From the NCBI GenBank assembly GCA_035528995.1, contig DATKXO010000363.1:1-13292 (forward strand): a DNA stretch of 13,292 nt, written 5' to 3'. Numbering within the stretch: position 1 is the first letter of the stretch; each line of letters opens with the position of its first letter. This document shows, one piece after another, positions 7,888 through 13,292 of the stretch. This DNA comes from Phycisphaerae bacterium. Lineage in GTDB: Bacteria > Planctomycetota > Phycisphaerae > UBA1845. The translations under genes were made by a program, and so were the position numbers. Under the pieces are notes generated by a model. The model saw nothing but the letters and a program-made list of their open reading frames with translations. It did not search any database and had not been told where the DNA came from.

Positions 7888-8996
7888 GACGGTTCCGCTT
7901 TCGGGCTGCTGTTGGCTGATGGCATCATCCGTACCGGCTGGCCCAGGGCTGTCAGGCCGCCGAGGGCGCCGAGGCCCATGGATTCGACGGCCGTGGAGGG
8001 CACGATCACCATCGAGCCCTTCTGCTTGAGGCCCTCGAAGACCATGTTCATGGCCCGCAGGTGCAACGCCACCGGGTTGTTCTGATAGGCCTCGGAGGCC
8101 TTGGCGAACTTCTCGGCGATCTCGGTCTCGGCCGTGCCCAGGATGATCCGCGACTGGCGTTCGCGCTCGGCCTGGGCCTGCTTGCTCATGGCGTCCTCGA
8201 GGCCCTTGGGAATGATGATGTCGCGAACCTCGACCGACTGTGCGGTGATCCCCCAGGGGTTGGTCTTGTGGTCCAGGACCTGCTGGATTTCCTTGCCCAG
8301 CCGATCACGGTGGGAGAGCAGGTCGGCCAGCTCGCTGCGTCCGATGGCGTCCCGCAGAGCCGTCTGGGCCGACAGGACGACGGCCGAATCGAAGTCCGCG
8401 ACCTCGAGGACGGCCTTCTCCGCGTCCCAGACCATCCAGAATGCGATGGCATCGACGTTGACGGGCACGGTGTCCTTGGTGAGGGTCATCTCGGCCTGGA
8501 AGTCGGTGACGCGAATCCGCTGGTCGACGAACTGCGACACCTTGTCGATGACCGGCAGGACGACGAACAGTCCCGGCCCGCGAATGCCCACGAACTTGCC
8601 GAAGCGCAGCAGCACGGCCCGCTCCCACTGATAGGCGATCTGGACACAGGGAGCGATCAGGGCGGCCGCCACCGTGGCCGCGACCAGCACCCGCGGCTCC
8701 ACGAACGTCGTGCGGAAGAGCAGGTAACCAGCCAGCGTCACCAGGGCGCCCATCACGACGACGCCCTCCCAGAGCTGCGTCAGTCGGAACATGCCGGCCA
8801 ACACCAGAGCGGCGGCGATGGTGTACACCACAGCCACCACGCTGAACTCGTACAACATGACGTGCACGATCAACCCGATCAGCATGAAAGCCACCAGCAG
8901 CAGGGCGTTGAACGGTGAGAAGCGGTAGTCCGCCCGGGATGTGATCGAGAACCTCTCGAGCGAAAGCTTCGGAAGATTGATGTTCAATCCGGCCAT
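7866..8996 (-). CDS. SPFH/band-7 (stomatin/prohibitin-like) membrane protein with an extended 4-helix N-terminal membrane region
   Basis: The 376-aa ORF contains a clear SPFH core: RFGKFVGIRGPGLFVVLPVIDKV...RVTDFQAEMTLTKDTVPVNVDAIAFWMVWDAEKAVLEVADFDSAVVLSAQTALRDAIGRSELADLLSHRDRLGKEIQQVLD...WGITAQSVEVRDIIIPKGLEDAMSKQAQAERERQSRIILGTAETEIAEKFAKASEAY. The first ~125 aa contain four hydrophobic segments predicted to be transmembrane helices. The ATG at 8996 has a strong RBS (GAGGAGG, 7 nt upstream on the minus strand). Confidence 0.9.
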   Translation of the reverse strand: MAGLNINLPKLSLERFSITSRADYRFSPFNALLLVAFMLIGLIVHVMLYEFSVVAVVYTIAAALVLAGMFRLTQLWEGVVVMGALVTLAGYLLFRTTFVEPRVLVAATVAAALIAPCVQIAYQWERAVLLRFGKFVGIRGPGLFVVLPVIDKVSQFVDQRIRVTDFQAEMTLTKDTVPVNVDAIAFWMVWDAEKAVLEVADFDSAVVLSAQTALRDAIGRSELADLLSHRDRLGKEIQQVLDHKTNPWGITAQSVEVRDIIIPKGLEDAMSKQAQAERERQSRIILGTAETEIAEKFAKASEAYQNNPVALHLRAMNMVFEGLKQKGSMVIVPSTAVESMGLGALGGLTALGQPVRMMPSANSSPKAEPSDVTDQA

Positions 8997-9088
8997 CTCA
9001 TGACCTCCTCAAAACGGGCCTCTGTTTTCAGGACAACCCGGGTCTCGCCCGGTGGCGACCGCCCGTCCAGGCGACCGCCGCAAACCCG

Positions 9089-9919
9089 CTATGCGCCCGG
9101 CGTAACGTCCCGCCCGTGCAGCCAGAGGACGTTGACTTCCGGCGCTTGCGGGTGATAGACGACTCCGACCTTCTCGCCCGGCTTTAACGCTTGCGCCCAG
9201 GCGTAGTGGTACGTTCTGTCCCTGCCGGTCACCTTGCGGCCCAACGAGCCGGCGAACTGGTAGTACACGTCGTACGGGCGTTTTGTGCCCACGCTGATGT
9301 GCCAGACCTTCTTCACCGCGACGACTTCCGCGTCCGCGGCCTGGCCGTGGGCCAGCAGGAGGCGCTCGCTGCGAGCGCGAGTCCAGGTCAACATCAGCAG
9401 AACCACACCGACGATCAGTTCCGGCACGAGAGTGGCAAAGACGATCAGGTACACGATCAGAGGCGGCATCGCCGCGGTGCCGCCGACCGGCCGTGCCAAC
9501 GACGGGTCATCCGGGTCGTACTCGACGTCGATCGCGTCACCCACCTTGCGGTCAGCGAACGAGCGGTCGAGTGTGTAGCCCACTGCGTCCACCGTCGCGC
9601 CTTCGGGAGTCGTGAAGCGAAACGACACCTTCCAGGGCTGCCGATTGTTGATGTTGGTGTAGCGCATGAAGTCCTTGTCGGTGATGACGGCCGCGGCCGA
9701 GGCGTGGTCCCGATCGAGGGCCAGATCGACCGTCGGCAGAACGCCTCCGCTCCAAACGTAGAAGAACGCCGGCAGGCCGATCCCGAAGGCCAGCCCGAGG
9801 ACCGTGAACAGCAGACCGCAGAACGCCATGGCCCACATCCGCCGCATGAAGAACCACTTGGGAACCGGCCGCGGAGCGTCGGGCACCAGAGTCGGCCTGT
9901 CTTCCGGTCGCCGGATCAT
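9089..9919 (-). CDS. Integral membrane protein with two tandem TM-plus-beta-domain modules resembling DUF3592
   Basis: The 276-aa ORF follows the pattern TM helix (MWAMAFCGLLFTVLGLAFGIGLPAFFYVW), a soluble segment ending ...VGDAIDVEYDPDDPSLARP, a second TM (LIVYLIVFATLVPELIVGVVLLMLTW), and a second soluble segment ending ...PGEKVGVVYHPQAPEVNVL. The repeated G..V.V.Y.P..P motif is what I associate with DUF3592, and I recalled it from memory rather than searching. The ATG at 9919 lies 18 nt downstream of the gntR stop, with GGAGAAGGG 8 nt upstream. Confidence 0.7.
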   Translation of the reverse strand: MIRRPEDRPTLVPDAPRPVPKWFFMRRMWAMAFCGLLFTVLGLAFGIGLPAFFYVWSGGVLPTVDLALDRDHASAAAVITDKDFMRYTNINNRQPWKVSFRFTTPEGATVDAVGYTLDRSFADRKVGDAIDVEYDPDDPSLARPVGGTAAMPPLIVYLIVFATLVPELIVGVVLLMLTWTRARSERLLLAHGQAADAEVVAVKKVWHISVGTKRPYDVYYQFAGSLGRKVTGRDRTYHYAWAQALKPGEKVGVVYHPQAPEVNVLWLHGRDVTPGA

Positions 9920-9940
9920 GGTTGTCCCTTCTCCGTTCGC

Positions 9941-10312
9941 TTACCCGGACCGTCGATCGCCCAAAGCCTCGATCACTTCGTCCAGCGTGAGGCCGTAGGC
10001 CGACGCTCGGGAAAGCAGTTCCGTGCAGATCTGGTCCAACATGCGTTTGCGCTCGACCTCGGAGATTTCGATCTTCTCGTCGCCGATGAAGGTGCCGGTG
10101 CCCATCTGGGTGGTGACCACGCCCTTGATCTCCAGCTCCTGATAGGCTCGGGCGACCGTGTTGGGGTTGACCTTGAGATCGACGGCGAGCTGTCGCACGG
10201 TGGGCAGGCGGTCGCCGTGCCCGAGCCGCCCGTCGGCGATCGCGAACTGGACCTGGTCGATGATCTGCCGGTAGAACGGCACGCCGCTTTTTGGATCGAT
10301 GGTGAACTGCAT
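9941..10312 (-). CDS. GntR-family transcriptional regulator, short YtrA-like subfamily
   Basis: The 123-aa protein has an N-terminal winged HTH typical of GntR (VPFYRQIIDQVQFAIADGRLGHGDRLPTVRQLAVDLKVNPNTVARAYQELEIKGVVTTQMGTGTFI) followed by only about 50 aa. That architecture is characteristic of the YtrA subfamily. It is the first gene downstream of a well-formed promoter (TTGACA-17 nt-TATAGT on the minus strand). Confidence 0.88.
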   Translation of the reverse strand: MQFTIDPKSGVPFYRQIIDQVQFAIADGRLGHGDRLPTVRQLAVDLKVNPNTVARAYQELEIKGVVTTQMGTGTFIGDEKIEISEVERKRMLDQICTELLSRASAYGLTLDEVIEALGDRRSG

Positions 10313-10348
10313 GAGGGCCTGCCCGTCTCCGCTGCTTGTCGCATGTAT

Positions 10349-10386
10349 CGGATCACTAGTGTACTGTGACTATAATACAACAATAC
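10349..10386 (-). promoter_or_regulatory. Sigma70-like promoter for the gntR-led operon (-35 TTGACA, 17-nt spacer, -10 TATAGT), inside an AT-rich island that may hold the GntR operator
   Basis: Reading the minus strand gives ...GGGCTTGACAGGCCCGTATTGTTGTATTATAGTCACAGTACACTAGTGATCC... The TSS would sit about 30 nt before the ATG at 10312. The same island carries an exact TATAAT on the plus strand (10351..10356) and short inverted elements (TCAC-N9-GTGA; ACTAGT). Confidence 0.5.
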
Positions 10387-10443
10387 GGGCCTGTCAAGCC
10401 CAGAATCTGTGGAAACCTGTCACCGGCGCCCGAAGTCGCCCTG

Positions 10444-10468
10444 CCACCGGCTGTGGGGCTGGTTTTTT
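10444..10468 (+). terminator. Intrinsic-terminator-like hairpin plus U6 tract on the plus strand, in the leader upstream of the 10731 gene
   Basis: The sequence CCACCGGCUGUGGGGCUGGUUUUUU has a stem ACCGGC/GCUGGU (6 bp, one G-U pair) or alternatively CCAC/GUGG, followed by six T. A T6 run is very unusual in this ~68% GC DNA. Confidence 0.35.
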
Positions 10469-10730
10469 CAGTGGCAACTTATATCATGGTTGACGAAGCG
10501 GCCGGTCCCGCGGTAGTGCGTAGCTCGGCTTGCCGAGGACCGGGCGCATACGGGACGACGCCCGCTGACTGGTGAAGTCCGGAAACCGGTCGGCTTGCCT
10601 GCTGAGTTGGATGCTTGAGCCAATGGGTCGTGCGCAAGGGACGGTGGAACAGAGTCGGTTTCTCTCGCCGGGCACCGGGCGGGCCCGCAGTCTCCCCTGT
10701 TGCCAAGATCACCCATGCTTGCATGACGCC

Positions 10731-12521
10731 GTGACCGACCGGGCACGTCGGCACTATGACTCATCCCGCTTCGCGTGCGTAGCGTCCCTCGCCTTCGCGG
10801 GCGCCCTGTTGGCGACAGCCGGTGGCGCGCGCGGGGACGAGCCAGCGGCGGAAACGCCGATTGTCTTCACGGACGTTACCGTTGCGGCGGGCATCGAGTT
10901 CGTCGAGACCATCGGCGACGACCGGATGACCAACATCGTCGAGTCTACGGGCGTCGGGTGCGGCTTCGTGGACTACGACGGTGACGGGCACCTGGACATC
11001 TACCTGGTCAACGGCTGCTGGAAAGAGGGGATATCCGATCCCGGCCTGGGCCCCGAGCGGCGCGCGGAACTGGCGGGCGCCACCGATCGGCTGTACCGCA
11101 ATCGCGGCGACGGCACGTTCGAGGACGTGACGGCGGCGGCCGGGCTGAAGCGGCCGGGCTTCGGAATGGCGGTCGTGGCGGCCGACTACGACGGCGACGG
11201 CGATCGGGACCTGTACGTGACGAACCACGGGGCCAACTTCCTCTACCGCAACAACGGCGACGGCACGTTCACGGAGACGGGCGCGTCGGCCGGCGTGGAC
11301 GATCCGCTGTTCAGCGTCGGGGCGGTCTTTTTGGACTACGACCACGACAACCGGCTGGACCTCTACGTCGGCAACTACATCACGTACGATCCGAGCATCA
11401 CGCCGGAGCACGCCCGGGACGTGGTGCGCAGCCCGCTGGCCTACGCCGGCCAGCAGGACCACCTGTACCACAACAACGGCGACGGTACGTTCACCGACGT
11501 GACCCAGCGGGCCGGGCTCTTGATCCGGCCGGTCGGACGGGCCATGGGCGTCGGCGCCCTCGATTGCGACGGCGACGGGTATCTCGACGTTTTCGTCTCC
11601 AACGACGCGATGGAGAACTACCTGCTGCACAATGATCGGGACGGCACGTTCGAGAACCACGCCCTGATGGCGGGCACGGCCTTCAGCGAGTCCGGGGCGG
11701 GGGCGGCGGCGATGGCCGTCGAGGTGGCCGACTACGACGCCGACGGACGGCTGGACATCCTGGTGCCGGACATGGACATGTGCTGCCTGTACCACAACCT
11801 GGGGCAGGGCATGTTCGAGGACACGGCCGTCCGCTCCGGGATCGGAGCGGCGGTCAACCGTCAGCACAGTTGGGGCGGAATCCTGGCGGACCTCGATCTC
11901 GACGGTGACCTGGACGCGTACCTGGCCAACGGCCACGCGTGCGAACTGGCGGCCCAGCCGAACTGCCTCTTTCGCGGCGACGGGCGCGGGCGCTTCGCGA
12001 TCGTGTCGGACCGGGGAGTGAACGTGTCGATGGGCAAGGGCGTGGCGGCAACGATGCAGGGCGAGACGCCGGGCACGAGCAACCGACCCCCGACAAGCGA
12101 TTTCGTCAGCCGCGGTGTGGCCCGAGGCGACTTCGACAATGATGGCGACATCGATCTGCTGGTCAGCAATCTCAACGCACGGCCGGCGCTCCTGCGCAAC
12201 GACACGCCGCGAAACGGACGACACTGGTTGACGGTGGAGCTGGTCGGGCGAGCGCCGAACCGGGACGCGATCGGAGCGGTGGTGAAGGTCACCGTGGGGG
12301 ATCGCCAGATCGTGCAGCCCCGGCTGTCAGCCGGGAGCTACCTGTCGCAGCATGACCATCGGCTGCACTTCGGCCTCGGTGACCGTGAGGCGGCCGATCG
12401 GCTCGAAGTATCCTGGCCTGACGGGGCCCGGCAGACGCTGGAGCGGGTTCGGGCCGACCGGCGGCTGGTCGTCCGGCAGGAGCCGCCTCCGGCGGCGGCG
12501 AATAAGATGAAAGTGCATTAA
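10731..12521 (+). CDS. Secreted CRTAC1-like protein (FG-GAP/VCBS repeats plus UnbV/ASPIC domain), the shortest paralog, with no TPR module
   Basis: The ORF is open from 10572, but the in-frame GTG at 10731 begins MTDRARRHYDSSRFACVASLAFAGALLATAGGARG, a signal-peptide-like stretch. The preceding 53 aa have no signal character, and no in-frame ATG lies between. FG-GAP motifs (VDYDGDGHLDIYLVNG, ADYDGDGDRDLYVTN, LDYDHDNRLDLYVGN, LDCDGDGYLDVFVSN, ADYDADGRLDILV, GDFDNDGDIDLLVSN) are present. An UnbV/ASPIC block (RHWLTVELVGRAPNRDAIGAVVKVTVGDRQIVQPRLSAGSYLSQHDHRLHFGLGD...LEVSWPDG) lies at about 12213..12447. The start could be up to 159 nt further upstream. Confidence 0.82.
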   Translation: MTDRARRHYDSSRFACVASLAFAGALLATAGGARGDEPAAETPIVFTDVTVAAGIEFVETIGDDRMTNIVESTGVGCGFVDYDGDGHLDIYLVNGCWKEGISDPGLGPERRAELAGATDRLYRNRGDGTFEDVTAAAGLKRPGFGMAVVAADYDGDGDRDLYVTNHGANFLYRNNGDGTFTETGASAGVDDPLFSVGAVFLDYDHDNRLDLYVGNYITYDPSITPEHARDVVRSPLAYAGQQDHLYHNNGDGTFTDVTQRAGLLIRPVGRAMGVGALDCDGDGYLDVFVSNDAMENYLLHNDRDGTFENHALMAGTAFSESGAGAAAMAVEVADYDADGRLDILVPDMDMCCLYHNLGQGMFEDTAVRSGIGAAVNRQHSWGGILADLDLDGDLDAYLANGHACELAAQPNCLFRGDGRGRFAIVSDRGVNVSMGKGVAATMQGETPGTSNRPPTSDFVSRGVARGDFDNDGDIDLLVSNLNARPALLRNDTPRNGRHWLTVELVGRAPNRDAIGAVVKVTVGDRQIVQPRLSAGSYLSQHDHRLHFGLGDREAADRLEVSWPDGARQTLERVRADRRLVVRQEPPPAAANKMKVH

Positions 12522-12576
12522 GTAAACTCGCAGTTTGCCCGTCAGAATCGGGAACGTGGCGTCTAGCACATAGGGA

Positions 12577-12605
12577 TCAACATAGGGCGAATGATGCGGT
12601 ACAAT
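12577..12605 (+). promoter_or_regulatory. Candidate sigma70-like promoter for the Rid gene (TCAACA, 17 nt, TACAAT), overlapped by an ACATAGGG direct repeat
   Basis: The sequence is TCAACAtagggcgaatgatgcggTACAAT. The ACATAGGG motif occurs at 12568..12575 and again at 12580..12587, covering the -35 and spacer. The 5' UTR would be about 80 nt and GC-rich, with a CCGGC...GCCGG stem. Confidence 0.35.
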
Positions 12606-12692
12606 GACGCCCTGGCCGGCCACCCGCCGGAACCGTCGATCCGGGTGCGGCGAAGGGGTCCCATCGTGGCACATCGCGGAGAGGAAAAAGGG

Positions 12693-13193
12693 ATGACCGT
12701 GGCCGAGAAAACCCGCATCAACGAGAAAACTCGCACCGACAAGAAGACTCGGATTAAGAAGACCCCCATCGAGAACAAGACCGTCCTCAACGAGGCGTAC
12801 GATTACGGCAAGAAGGTGTCGTTCGTCCGTGGCATGCGGGTGGAGTTGGGTGATGCGGTGATGCTCTTCATCTCGGGGACGGCCAGCGTCAACGAGGACG
12901 GCGATTCGATTCATCCGGGCGACGTGAAGGCCCAGACCCGCCGGACGTTCACGAACATCAAAGCGTTGCTGGAAAGCGAGGGCGCCGACTGGCACGACAT
13001 CGTGCGGACGACGTGCTACCTGGCGGATTTCAGAACCTACGACGAGTTCAACGAGGTGCGGAACGCGTTCTACGAGGAAGAGGAGCTCGACCCGCTGCCG
13101 GCCAGCACGTGCATTGAAGCCCGAATCTGCCGGCCGGAACTCCTGGTGGAGATCGAGGCCATCGCCATGATACCGAAGGACCGCGCCCAATGA
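12693..13193 (+). CDS. Rid (RidA/YjgF/TdcF/L-PSP) family protein with a lysine-rich N-terminal repeat tail
   Basis: Three motifs align by eye to the conserved RidA blocks: LFISGTASVNEDG, DIVRTTCYLADFRTYDEFNEVRNAFY, and PASTCIEARICRPELLVEIEAIAM. The ATG at 12693 is preceded by GGAGAGG with an 8-nt spacer. The ORF is open from 12591, but that upstream stretch lacks an RBS. The first ~40 aa (MTVAEKTRINEKTRTDKKTRIKKTPIENKT...) form a non-canonical K/T/R-rich extension. Confidence 0.85.
   Translation: MTVAEKTRINEKTRTDKKTRIKKTPIENKTVLNEAYDYGKKVSFVRGMRVELGDAVMLFISGTASVNEDGDSIHPGDVKAQTRRTFTNIKALLESEGADWHDIVRTTCYLADFRTYDEFNEVRNAFYEEEELDPLPASTCIEARICRPELLVEIEAIAMIPKDRAQ
12705..12776 (+). repeat. Degenerate 18-nt tandem repeat (about 4 units) encoding an (E/K)KTR(I/T)(N/D/K) hexapeptide repeat inside the Rid gene
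   Basis: The units are GAGAAAACCCGCATCAAC, GAGAAAACTCGCACCGAC, AAGAAGACTCGGATTAAG and AAGACCCCCATCGAGAAC. Units 1 and 2 match at 15 of 18 positions. The stretch is locally AT-richer than its surroundings. Confidence 0.6.
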
Positions 13194-13292
13194 CCCGGTC
13201 GGCGCGGCGTGATGGGCGTTGCGAAGTCGCGACACAACCTGTCAAGGGGGCTTGAAACTGAACCTCGCAGGCGTTAGCGTACATCGAAGAAG

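Noticed and set aside
8061-8918. 285-aa and 176-aa plus-strand ORFs inside the SPFH gene
   Set aside because: Antisense to a textbook SPFH domain and His/Gly/Asp-rich. Shadow ORFs.
9191-10369. 392-aa plus-strand ORF spanning the DUF3592-like and gntR genes
   Set aside because: It crosses two well-supported minus-strand genes and their spacer. No domain signal.
10466-10490. TGGCAACTTATATCATGG as a possible sigma54 (-24/-12) promoter
   Set aside because: The -12 element lacks the conserved GC (TTGC). Only the GG of the -24 element matches.
10585-10612. GGTGAAGTCCGGAAACCGG resembling the GGUG-AA-UCC core of cobalamin riboswitches
   Set aside because: The spacing is off by one nucleotide, no B12-box (GCCACUG) follows, and the surrounding context does not fit. 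Most likely a chance GC-rich hairpin.
10572-10730. Upstream 53 codons of the third CRTAC1-like ORF (MKSGNRSACLLSWMLEPMGRAQ...)
   Set aside because: No signal-peptide character, whereas the in-frame GTG at 10731 starts a classic signal peptide. More likely part of a structured 5' leader. Retained as an alternative start in the feature note.
10761-12224. 487-aa minus-strand ORF opposite the third CRTAC1-like gene
   Set aside because: Antisense shadow ORF. The plus-strand frame carries clean FG-GAP/ASPIC motifs and this one has none.
12327-13235. 302-aa minus-strand ORF overlapping the Rid gene
   Set aside because: Antisense to a well-supported Rid-family CDS that has a strong RBS. The translation has no recognisable features.

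Overview
The window is high-GC bacterial chromosomal DNA. Its style (FG-GAP/ASPIC-rich secreted proteins) suggests a Planctomycetota- or Verrucomicrobiota-like organism, but that is a weak inference. I support eight protein-coding genes and no rRNA, tRNA, CRISPR or obvious mobile element.

Minus strand, in transcription order:
- A YtrA-type GntR regulator (9941..10312).
- A membrane protein that looks like two tandem DUF3592-like modules (9089..9919).
- An SPFH/band-7 (stomatin-like) protein with an unusual multi-helix N-terminal membrane region (7866..8996).
- A class I SAM-dependent methyltransferase (7001..7780).
- Two very large secreted CRTAC1-like paralogs carrying FG-GAP/VCBS repeats and an UnbV/ASPIC domain: 3980..6715 with a C-terminal TPR-like region, and 267..3794 with an N-terminal TPR block and an unrecognised ~430-aa C-terminal domain.

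Plus strand:
- A third, shorter CRTAC1-like paralog (10731..12521).
- A RidA/YjgF/L-PSP-family protein (12693..13193) with a lysine-rich hexapeptide-repeat N-terminal tail.

The most interesting candidate is the compact regulator / tandem-DUF3592 / polytopic-SPFH / methyltransferase cassette. It has tight spacing and strong Shine-Dalgarno sites, which suggest an operon. It is flanked by divergent AT-rich promoter islands, a terminator-like hairpin in the 5' leader of the plus-strand paralog, and several short direct or tandem repeat arrays in the intergenic spacers.

Most of the other long ORFs in the six-frame track are antisense or off-frame shadow ORFs typical of high-GC DNA, and I reject them. 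All domain calls come from reading motifs by eye; no database search was run.
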